DNA of 41,005 nucleotides from Candidatus Anoxychlamydiales bacterium (GTDB lineage Bacteria; Chlamydiota; Chlamydiia; Chlamydiales; SM23-39): NCBI GenBank assembly GCA_011064745.1, contig JAAKFJ010000001.1, positions 1 to 41,005 of the forward strand, read 5' to 3'. Shown piece by piece: positions 34,338 to 41,005 of this stretch (position 1 is its first letter; each line of letters starts with the position of its first letter). The notes under the pieces were generated by a model. It saw only the letters and a program-made list of their open reading frames with translations, ran no database searches and was not told where the DNA came from. The position numbers and the translations under genes were made by a program.

Positions 34338-35249
34338 CTAATCAATCGATAGTAGATCATCAATAAATTTTTTCTCATCGAAAGAGGCGATATCTTCTAA
34401 CCTTTCACCAACACCGATCCATTTTATTGGAACCTTAATCTCCTTTTGAATAGCCAAAACAATACCACCTTTGGCAGTGCCATCTAACTTGCTCAAAAAA
34501 ATAGAAGATATTGGCGTATAAGAGTTAAATGCCTTAGCTTGATCTATTCCATTTTGCCCAGTTGTTGCATCGATGACTAAAAGTGTTTCATGAGGAGCCT
34601 CTTCGATGACTTTGTTAGATACCCTTTTTATTTTTTCTAGCTCTTGCATGAGATTGGTTTTGGTATGAAGCCTGCCAGCTGTATCGATAATTACAACATC
34701 TACATCTCTAGCTTTAGCAGCTGATAATCCATCAAAGACTACAGATGAAGGATCTGAACCATGTTTAGAGCTAATAATATCAACGCCAATTTTTTTAGCC
34801 CAAAGTTTTAACTGATCGACGGCGGCTGCTCTAAAAGTATCTGCAGCTATTAAAAGTACCTTTTGATTTTGATCGTGGTAATATTTAGCTATCTTAGCAA
34901 TGGAAGTGGTTTTTCCAGAACCATTTACGCCAACAATCATCACTACATGAGGTTTTTTCATCTCAATCTCTTCGTATGGATGAACATCTTTTAAAAGTTC
35001 TTGTTTTATTTTTTCTAAAAGTTTTTCTGGTGTAATATCTGACTCTTTTTTCATAAACTCTTTTAGCTTATTTGTTAAATCTACAGATATCGTAACACCT
35101 AGATCAGATTCATAAAAAAGTTTTTCTAGCTCTTCATAGAGATTAACATCATATTTTTTGGAAAATAAAGCTGTTAATTTCTTGCCAATAGAGATCCTCT
35201 TTAAAGAATAAAGGGCTTTTTTGATTTTGGATTTGAAAAATTTAAACAT
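34338..35249 (-). CDS. ftsY: Signal recognition particle receptor FtsY
   Basis: NG domain with 'GVNGSGKTTSIAKIA', 'DTAGRLH', 'SKLDGTAKGG' and 'IGVGERLEDI'. I prefer the ATG at 35247-35249 ('MFKFFKSKIKKAL', a typical amphipathic FtsY N-terminus). The tracked TTG at 35342 would overlap the divergent M50 gene. Confidence 0.9.
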   Translation of the reverse strand: MFKFFKSKIKKALYSLKRISIGKKLTALFSKKYDVNLYEELEKLFYESDLGVTISVDLTNKLKEFMKKESDITPEKLLEKIKQELLKDVHPYEEIEMKKPHVVMIVGVNGSGKTTSIAKIAKYYHDQNQKVLLIAADTFRAAAVDQLKLWAKKIGVDIISSKHGSDPSSVVFDGLSAAKARDVDVVIIDTAGRLHTKTNLMQELEKIKRVSNKVIEEAPHETLLVIDATTGQNGIDQAKAFNSYTPISSIFLSKLDGTAKGGIVLAIQKEIKVPIKWIGVGERLEDIASFDEKKFIDDLLSID

Positions 35250-35326
35250 TTCTAAAAATATTTTTTTTTCTTGATTGAAATCACATTGTATCACATAACA
35301 AAAATTAAGAAAAAGAGAATAAAAAA

Positions 35327-36460
35327 ATGAAAATGCGCTCAAAAATTCCTATTCGCATCCATCACTTTTTTTGGATATTTGCAGCTCTGATCGGTTTTTT
35401 GATGTCTCAAAGCCTTATTGGCACTCTTATCTGGATAGTGATAATTTTTGTCTCAGTAATAGTACATGAGCTTGGTCATGCTATTATGGCGCTCGTTTTC
35501 AAACAAAATCCAAAAATCGAGTTAATTGCTATGGGAGGATTAACTTCCTATAAAGGAGATAAATTAAAATATTGGCAGCAATTTTTAATAGTCTTAAACG
35601 GCCCTCTTTTCGGAATCTTTTTATTCTTGATAGCAACTTTGATTTTATGGCTAAATTTTTTTACAAATCCAACGCTTGTTGGAACTATTAAAATCTTTCA
35701 AGTTGTAAATTTGTTTTGGTCTATAGTAAACCTACTTCCCGTTCTGCCAATGGATGGGGGACAGCTCCTCAGAATAGTTCTAGAAGCTATCTTCGGTATT
35801 AGAGGTTTTAAAATAGCACTCTTAATAGGATTTATCATTGCAGCTGCGATCGCTCTTTTTTCATTTGCCGTTAGATACTATCTTTTAGGGGCTCTATTTT
35901 TTCTTTTCGCTTTTCAAAGTTTTGATATGTATAGAAAATCTAAAAATATTACGCCATCAGATAGAGACGATACCTTAGCCGAAGCATTCGCTAAAGCTCA
36001 ACTTCTCATGCAAGAGGGTAAAAAAAGAGATGCTCAAAAAATCTTAGAAGATCTAAGAGGTAAAACTCATCAGGGACTCATTTTTACTCAAGCAACTCAG
36101 TTATTAGCTTTTTTATATTATGAACAAAAAGATAATAAAAAAGCCTATGAATATCTTCTATCTGTTAAAGATAGGCTCCAGGAGGATGCCGTTTGTTTAC
36201 TTCATAAACTTGCTTTTGAAGAAGATAACTACCAAATAGTTAAAGATCTATCTGCTAGTTGTTATAAGTTAGCTCCAACTAAAGAAGTGGCCCTTATCAA
36301 TGCCAGATCATTTGCAATGCTTGGCGATGCTAAACCTGCCGGTGGGTGGCTTAGAACGGCTAAAGAGTTCGGTCAAATAGATATCTCTAAAATTATAAAT
36401 GAGAAATATTTCGAAAAAATAAAAGAAGACCCAATTTTTAAAAATTTCTTCAGTAAATAA
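35327..36460 (+). CDS. M50-family (site-2 protease-like) intramembrane zinc metalloprotease with a C-terminal TPR-like soluble domain
   Basis: 'HELGHA' within a TM helix and a second motif 'NLLPVLPMDGGQ'. About 6 TM segments, then a helical repeat region ('QATQLLAFLYYEQKDNKKAYEYL'). Confidence 0.85.
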   Translation: MKMRSKIPIRIHHFFWIFAALIGFLMSQSLIGTLIWIVIIFVSVIVHELGHAIMALVFKQNPKIELIAMGGLTSYKGDKLKYWQQFLIVLNGPLFGIFLFLIATLILWLNFFTNPTLVGTIKIFQVVNLFWSIVNLLPVLPMDGGQLLRIVLEAIFGIRGFKIALLIGFIIAAAIALFSFAVRYYLLGALFFLFAFQSFDMYRKSKNITPSDRDDTLAEAFAKAQLLMQEGKKRDAQKILEDLRGKTHQGLIFTQATQLLAFLYYEQKDNKKAYEYLLSVKDRLQEDAVCLLHKLAFEEDNYQIVKDLSASCYKLAPTKEVALINARSFAMLGDAKPAGGWLRTAKEFGQIDISKIINEKYFEKIKEDPIFKNFFSK

Positions 36461-36557
36461 TTAACTTCAGCTCCAAATATATCAATCTCAATCATCTGTT
36501 TTCAACGGAGAATATTTCTGTTATCCTAAATAAAGGCACAGTTTGCTTTTTTTTCGA

Positions 36558-38093
36558 TCATTTTTTTGTCAAAAAAACTTGTTCATAAATAGCATATGGC
36601 TTTTTATAATAACCTGCCCATTCATTGTCTCCATAGGAAAAATGCCACCATTCTCCGTCGAATGGGGCAAATCCAGCTTGTACCATAATTGATCTTAGTA
36701 GCAGCCGATTTTTTTGTTGAACATCTGTGATCTGTTTTGAAAAAGGTTTTATTTTTTCGCTATCGCTAAAATCTGCTATTTTAGTGCCCATATCAAGTGT
36801 TTTACCTTCAACTTGAATAGTCAGATCAATTGCACCTCCAGTTGGGTGTCCAGCAACTTTGGGGACAGCTATCAATTGGTGAACCATTTCAAATAACTCT
36901 TCTTCTTCTAAAAAATCATATTTCTGTTTCATTAAATCACACTGTTCACAAAAATATTTTTGTTGAACATCAGGATGCCGATAAGCATAGACAAGTAAAA
37001 GTTTGGCGTTAGGTAGAACCTTTTTGAGGAAATCAGAGGTTTTTTTTAGCATTTGAATGCAACTTTTGCGAAGGAAAAAACTCTTTTTTGTATATGCATA
37101 CATATCAGATTGTTGATATCTAGCTAATACCTCTGGTAAATATTGCGCAATGTCAAGAAGCTCTTCTTCACAATCTTTTATAAGAATATCTTTTAAATCT
37201 CTATAACATACCATATTTTTTAACGAAGTTAATAATTCTAAATTATCATTTGTTATAATGTCTTTCCCAGCTTGTAGTTTGTAAGGACGAGCATCTTCGA
37301 GGGCTATATCCTTTTCATTCCATTCAAAAGGTATAAATCTGATAGTGATTTGACCTTTTGTAAATGATGGTTTTTCTATTCTAAGCATTTCACAAACATT
37401 TTTTTGAAAACTTTTTAAGTTATCTTCATTTTTGTAATACAGATCCTCATCATTGGGTAATAAAAAAACAATGTTTATACTATTTCCAGGCTTGAATTTG
37501 TTTTCTTCAAGAATTTTACGAATAAGAAAATAACCTTCCAAATATCGAAGAGTAGAATAAGATTTTTTTATTGATATATTAGATCTAGGAGGTTCTTTTG
37601 CAAGCTTCTGTGCACTTGCCTTCGGAATAAAGAATCGCTTTTCCCATATAACATCATTAATATATTTTTTTAGTTCTTGTGAGTTGCTCTTTATAAATTG
37701 AAAAAAATCGGCTGAATATAGAAATTTAATATCAGGGCATTTAAGATTTTTAATTTTTTGTATTTTTGATGATATTCTTAATTTTGTCTTATCACATTTT
37801 TGATTAAGTAATAACCATTTTTCAAGATCATAAAGAAAAAATGTAGGGTCCCCACATTTAGGTTCGTCTCTTATGGGTCTTATCAGATCATCTCGTAAAT
37901 ATTTAAACCAATCAACTCTGAGCTCTTTTTCAATGAACCAGGTGATCACTTGCGGATTAGATAATTGTTGTATTTCATCTATTAATTGCTTTTTAGATTT
38001 AATTATTGGACGGAATTGAACTAAAAGTTTAAGTTGATCATCCTCTTTAATATTGAGGGGATCGTTATTTTTTATTTTAGATATTTTAGACAT
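36558..38093 (-). CDS. Two-domain protein: unknown N-terminal domain (aa 1-300) fused to a VanX/DdpX-type zinc D-Ala-D-Ala dipeptidase (M15D)
   Basis: The C-terminal domain has 'LLLVYAYRHP', 'GHPTGGAIDLT' (H416, D423) and 'NRLLLRSIMVQAGF..EWWHF' (E481, H484). Ligand spacing (7/58/3) is identical to VanX H116/D123/E181/H184 as I recall them. An AAGGAG Shine-Dalgarno lies upstream. Confidence 0.85.
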   Translation of the reverse strand: MSKISKIKNNDPLNIKEDDQLKLLVQFRPIIKSKKQLIDEIQQLSNPQVITWFIEKELRVDWFKYLRDDLIRPIRDEPKCGDPTFFLYDLEKWLLLNQKCDKTKLRISSKIQKIKNLKCPDIKFLYSADFFQFIKSNSQELKKYINDVIWEKRFFIPKASAQKLAKEPPRSNISIKKSYSTLRYLEGYFLIRKILEENKFKPGNSINIVFLLPNDEDLYYKNEDNLKSFQKNVCEMLRIEKPSFTKGQITIRFIPFEWNEKDIALEDARPYKLQAGKDIITNDNLELLTSLKNMVCYRDLKDILIKDCEEELLDIAQYLPEVLARYQQSDMYAYTKKSFFLRKSCIQMLKKTSDFLKKVLPNAKLLLVYAYRHPDVQQKYFCEQCDLMKQKYDFLEEEELFEMVHQLIAVPKVAGHPTGGAIDLTIQVEGKTLDMGTKIADFSDSEKIKPFSKQITDVQQKNRLLLRSIMVQAGFAPFDGEWWHFSYGDNEWAGYYKKPYAIYEQVFLTKK

Positions 38094-38095
38094 AA

Positions 38096-38812
38096 TTATT
38101 CTCCTTCTTGTTTGTTAAAAACTAATTTACAAAGTTTATTTGAAACAATCTCGAGAGGATCTATGATTTTGATCTTTGGGTTATTTCTAGAAAAATTGTT
38201 CATCAGGACAGATAGTTCCGTACAACCAAGTAAGATTCCATCGATATTTGGATCTTTTTTAATACTTGATAAAATAAAATTTTTGAGACATCTACGATCT
38301 TGAAAAGAAAAGACTCCGCTTAATATTTTTTTTATCAACCCTTCTATCCACTGTAGATCTTTCGGTGACAGAAACTTAGTTTTTGCAAAATTGTAAAGAC
38401 CTTTAAGCTTTGATGTTTTAGTGCAAAGAACCAAAACTTTAGATAGATTTTGTTCCAATATAAATGTTTTTGTTTCTCTAATCAAGTCGATCAGTTTACT
38501 TCGGTAAGTCTCATTGATAAAGCCATGAAGAGTATTGCAAGCAATTGTAATATAATCCATACCACTATTGTTTAGAAAATCTAAAGCTTCTTTAAGTTGC
38601 TTAGCCACTCTCTTTTCATCTTGCTCAAAAGAGAGTGGTTTAAGCATTTGAGCAAACGGGTAGTTCAACAAAATTATTTTTGGAAAATCAAAATCATTAA
38701 TACATTTATATTTTTTTTGGCAGATTGTGATAATTTTTTGCATAAGTAAAACACCTGCCATGGGTCCTGCCCCGCCAATGATCCCAATTGTTTTTTTTCT
38801 TTTATTTTGCAT
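38096..38812 (-). CDS. Asp/Glu/hydantoin-family (PLP-independent, two-thiol) amino acid racemase, aspartate-racemase-like
   Basis: 'IGIIGGAGPMAG', catalytic Cys motifs 'ITIACNTLH' (C92) and 'ILLGCTELS' (C197). 238 aa. An AGGAGG Shine-Dalgarno is embedded in the end of the upstream gene. Confidence 0.85.
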   Translation of the reverse strand: MQNKRKKTIGIIGGAGPMAGVLLMQKIITICQKKYKCINDFDFPKIILLNYPFAQMLKPLSFEQDEKRVAKQLKEALDFLNNSGMDYITIACNTLHGFINETYRSKLIDLIRETKTFILEQNLSKVLVLCTKTSKLKGLYNFAKTKFLSPKDLQWIEGLIKKILSGVFSFQDRRCLKNFILSSIKKDPNIDGILLGCTELSVLMNNFSRNNPKIKIIDPLEIVSNKLCKLVFNKQEGE

Positions 38813-38814
38813 AT

Positions 38815-40179
38815 CTAATCCTCCTGAATTTGTTTGGCATAAGCTTTTTGAGAATCGATCTGTCTCCCTATCATATAACCAATAAAGCTTAGGGATATTG
38901 TCAGCACTTCTTTAGGAATTGGCACAGAGATAAATCGGAAAACACCAAAACCTATAGCTCCCGAAGCCATAGATAAATAAGCTCCAAGACGCGATGGATT
39001 TTTTGAGAGCAAAGCTGCAATAATTGGGACAAATAGGATGCAAACAGAAAGCTCATAAGCAAGCATCAACATGGTAACAACATTATCAAATATATAAACA
39101 AGACCAAGAGATCCAAGACCTGTTATTAAGGTTAGCATTCTGGATATCCTGACTTGGTTTTTTTCTGAGATTTTTTTTGAAACTAGAAAATCATATGATA
39201 GATTTGAACCTATAGAACAAAGAATGGAATCTGCTGTTGATATTACTGCCATAAAGATAGCCCCCATAAATAGAGTTGCAACAAGCGGATTTGTTAGAGC
39301 TTTGACAGATTCAATTAGAATACTTGCATTACCCAAAGCTTGAATACCTAATTTTTTTGCGAGGACACCAAAATAAATAGCAATGCTAGAACTCGCTAAA
39401 AGAAGAATTCCAGCAACTATTGCCGAAGCGGAAATTACTTTTGGTTTTTTTGCTGCAAAACATCTTTGTCCCATATCCTGTTCGATGAGCATGAAAAGAA
39501 GGGGCATAAAAAGCCAAGTTACCCATGGGACTGATGAAATTTCCATGTTTTGGGATACTTGCGGATTAGATATCGCTATGTTAGAAAAATTAATAGAAAA
39601 AAATGCAAAACCTAATGTGATTAGAATAAATAAGGCTTGCAATATATCAGTATTTACAACGGCTTTTAATCCGCCCATGACAGTGTATGCTATTAGTATA
39701 GCCCAGAAAAGAATAAATATAATTGGCGATTGCAAATTCATACCGATAAAAAATTTTTGAGCAGCAATTCCTTGAGCTACCAAAATAAAAAACAATGCCA
39801 CAATTGATAATCCAGAAGCTAAAAATCGTTGATGACGAGATTTATAAATTTTTTCAAAAATTTCAGCTATTGTAGAAATATTTAATTTTCGTAATTTTCC
39901 TCCAAAGCCCATGCCAAGAGCAAATAGACCCAGACATGCTCCTAGAGGATAAAAGAGGACAATCCAGCCTTTTTGATAAGCTTCTTGAGCAGCACCTAGA
40001 AGAGATCCTCCTCCAACCTGGGTTGCCAAAAGGGTTAAGCTCAGTTGAAAAAAATTAAGCTTTCTACCCATTAAAAAATAATCATCATTTGTCTCAACGT
40101 CTTTGGATGAACGCTTTCCTATCCAAATATAGATACTCCCCAATAGAGCTATCATTACTAAAAAAAATGGAATATTCAT
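38815..40179 (-). CDS. Sodium:solute symporter family (SSS; PutP/PanF-like) transporter
   Basis: About 12-13 TM helices. N-terminal signature 'DYFLMGRKLNFFQLSLTLLATQVGGGSLLGAAQEAYQKGW' is typical of SSS. Substrate cannot be determined from the sequence. Confidence 0.85.
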   Translation of the reverse strand: MNIPFFLVMIALLGSIYIWIGKRSSKDVETNDDYFLMGRKLNFFQLSLTLLATQVGGGSLLGAAQEAYQKGWIVLFYPLGACLGLFALGMGFGGKLRKLNISTIAEIFEKIYKSRHQRFLASGLSIVALFFILVAQGIAAQKFFIGMNLQSPIIFILFWAILIAYTVMGGLKAVVNTDILQALFILITLGFAFFSINFSNIAISNPQVSQNMEISSVPWVTWLFMPLLFMLIEQDMGQRCFAAKKPKVISASAIVAGILLLASSSIAIYFGVLAKKLGIQALGNASILIESVKALTNPLVATLFMGAIFMAVISTADSILCSIGSNLSYDFLVSKKISEKNQVRISRMLTLITGLGSLGLVYIFDNVVTMLMLAYELSVCILFVPIIAALLSKNPSRLGAYLSMASGAIGFGVFRFISVPIPKEVLTISLSFIGYMIGRQIDSQKAYAKQIQED

Positions 40180-40333
40180 ATAAAAATCCTGTATTTTTAT
40201 GGTTAATTTAAATTTTTTATTTTTAGAAATAGATATTTAAGAAGTGATATAGATTCTATAAATCTACTTAAGCAAATAATATGCTACTTCTTTAACATCA
40301 AGTTTTCTAAACAACTTTGTTAAAAAATAAAAT

Positions 40334-40462
40334 TTAATGAATTAAATGATGATGATGAGAATGTGAAAAAAAAGAATTAAATGAAAAAATAATAAATAAA
40401 TTAGTAGAGTCTTTTGTTAAATCAAAAGACTTACTAGAAATGTTTGTCTTTGATACTTTCAT
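40334..40462 (-). CDS. Candidate 42-aa micro-ORF with a His-rich C-terminus (MKVSKTNISSKSFDLTKDSTNLFIIFSFNSFFSHSHHHHLIH)
   Basis: ATG at 40460-40462 (minus strand) with GGAG 7 nt upstream (minus-strand AAAGGAGAAAAAACATG). Too short for the ORF track. No homology assessment is possible. Confidence 0.25.
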   Translation of the reverse strand: MKVSKTNISSKSFDLTKDSTNLFIIFSFNSFFSHSHHHHLIH

Positions 40463-40677
40463 GTTTTTTCTCCTTTGTGAGACATAGTGTCTCTGAAAAC
40501 TACAGTTATTATATTTGTATTTCTAAATATTTGTCAAAGCTTAATATAGAAGAACAGTAGCTGTTGTAAAAAGTTTTTTTGAAAACAATTATTAACTATT
40601 CTTTTTTTTAATATATTTTATGTTCTTTAATAAACTTCAATTTCATATATAATAGTTAGCAAAAAGGTGGGAATATC

Positions 40678-41005
40678 ATGGTTGCAGCTGTTCAAAATAC
40701 CACTATAACTCCTCAAAAAGGTTTTATATCAAGTTCTTTAGATACCGTTGCGTGTAAAGTCAAATCTTTAATGCACCTTATTGTGAAAGTAGGTCAACAC
40801 CTCGCTTCTTTAACATCTTTTGTATTTGTATTTGGAGCTATATCAACTTTTATAAGCGTAGGTGCAACGCCTTTAGCTTTTGGCCTGACAGCTAGTGCAA
40901 TAGCAAGCTTTGGCGTCTCTAAACTTTTAAAAAGTGTCAGACAAAATTTTGGAATAATAAAAAATCCTAAATATAACACAGCTGATCTTGGGCTTTTAAA
41001 AGATA
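40678..41005 (+). CDS. Inc-like (inclusion-membrane-type) protein with a bilobed hydrophobic domain, 3'-truncated by the window edge
   Basis: ATG at 40678 with AAGGTGG 7 nt upstream. The frame is open to the window end. After about 40 hydrophilic residues come two TM-like segments joined by a very short loop ('LASLTSFVFVFGAISTFISVG-ATP-LAFGLTASAIASFGVSKLL'). It was missing from the ORF track only because it has no stop inside the window. Confidence 0.7.
   Translation, partial: MVAAVQNTTITPQKGFISSSLDTVACKVKSLMHLIVKVGQHLASLTSFVFVFGAISTFISVGATPLAFGLTASAIASFGVSKLLKSVRQNFGIIKNPKYNTADLGLLKD

Noticed and set aside
35250-35342. Extended FtsY N-terminus (TTG start at 35342, adding 'MSAFSFFYSLFLNFCYVIQCDFNQEKKIFLE').
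   Set aside because: It would overlap the divergent M50 gene start (35327) and leave no promoter space. The internal ATG at 35249 yields the typical amphipathic 'MFKFFKSKIKK' FtsY N-terminus. A genuine TM-anchored long form cannot be excluded without N-terminal mapping.
863-39760. Twenty short ORFs in the track that lie antisense to, or out of frame within, strong CDSs: 863-1075, 6301-6567, 6876-7112, 7998-8261, 11198-11545, 11686-11868, 13348-13551, 18921-19112, 20884-21132, 23073-23384, 24727-24936, 27884-28108, 28781-29008, 29883-30071, 31743-31934, 32788-33021, 34082-34294, 36830-37012, 38034-38303 and 39383-39760.
   Set aside because: Each is fully or largely embedded in a gene with unambiguous family motifs on the other strand or frame. 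Their translations are low-complexity (F/L/I/S/K-rich), as expected for shadow frames of AT-rich coding DNA, and none has a convincing Shine-Dalgarno.
40794-40979. 61-aa minus-strand ORF listed in the track at the right edge.
   Set aside because: The plus-strand frame covering the same bases has a good Shine-Dalgarno and ATG at 40678, stays open to the window end and encodes a coherent bilobed-hydrophobic (Inc-like) protein. The minus ORF is its antisense shadow.
1-41005. Search by eye for tRNA or rRNA genes, CRISPR arrays, IS elements, transposases, integrases, phage genes and recognisable defence systems (restriction-modification, toxin-antitoxin, Cas, abortive infection).
   Set aside because: No G+C-rich structured RNA-like islands appear in any intergenic region. 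There are no regularly spaced repeats. No ORF carries DDE, tyrosine or serine recombinase motifs, or nuclease or methylase motifs. The only repeat of note is the SDR 3'-end duplication reported above.

Overview
AT-rich bacterial chromosome segment, densely coding, with about 35 credible CDSs. Gene content and order point to Chlamydiota, probably an environmental or Chlamydia-like lineage. The markers are a dcw block (LysM protein, ftsW, murG, fused murC-ddl, ftsQ-like, rsbV, miaA), then rsfS-fabF-Nudix, aas, cysS/lysS, a compact aroA-aroK-aroC-aroB-aroDE operon, and priA. From memory this mirrors the C. trachomatis CT759-CT782 and CT366-CT370 neighbourhoods. A bilobed-hydrophobic Inc-like ORF sits at the right edge. 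I found no rRNA, tRNA, CRISPR array, transposase or integrase by eye. Accessory material is embedded in this conserved backbone. (1) A 3.5 kb islet lies between cysS and lysS. It carries a PspC-domain protein, a signal-peptide SDR and a signal-peptide MIO-type (histidine-like) ammonia-lyase. The lyase is bracketed by a diverged direct duplication of the SDR 3' end (intact copy 21691-21958, decayed copy 23791-24030). (2) A tightly coupled minus-strand operon encodes a Na+/solute symporter, an Asp/Glu-type racemase and a 511-aa protein. That protein has an unknown 300-aa N-domain fused to a VanX/DdpX-type D-Ala-D-Ala dipeptidase. This is my best candidate for an undescribed D-amino-acid or peptidoglycan-fragment module. 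(3) A single 897-aa polypeptide combines a PlsC acyltransferase, an embedded carrier domain and an acyl-ACP synthetase (Aas). (4) An 828-aa protein carries an atypical long-period ankyrin-like repeat and is a candidate effector. All calls rest on reading the translations and on hand-indexed motifs. No database search was possible, so family names are recognition-based and start codons are provisional.
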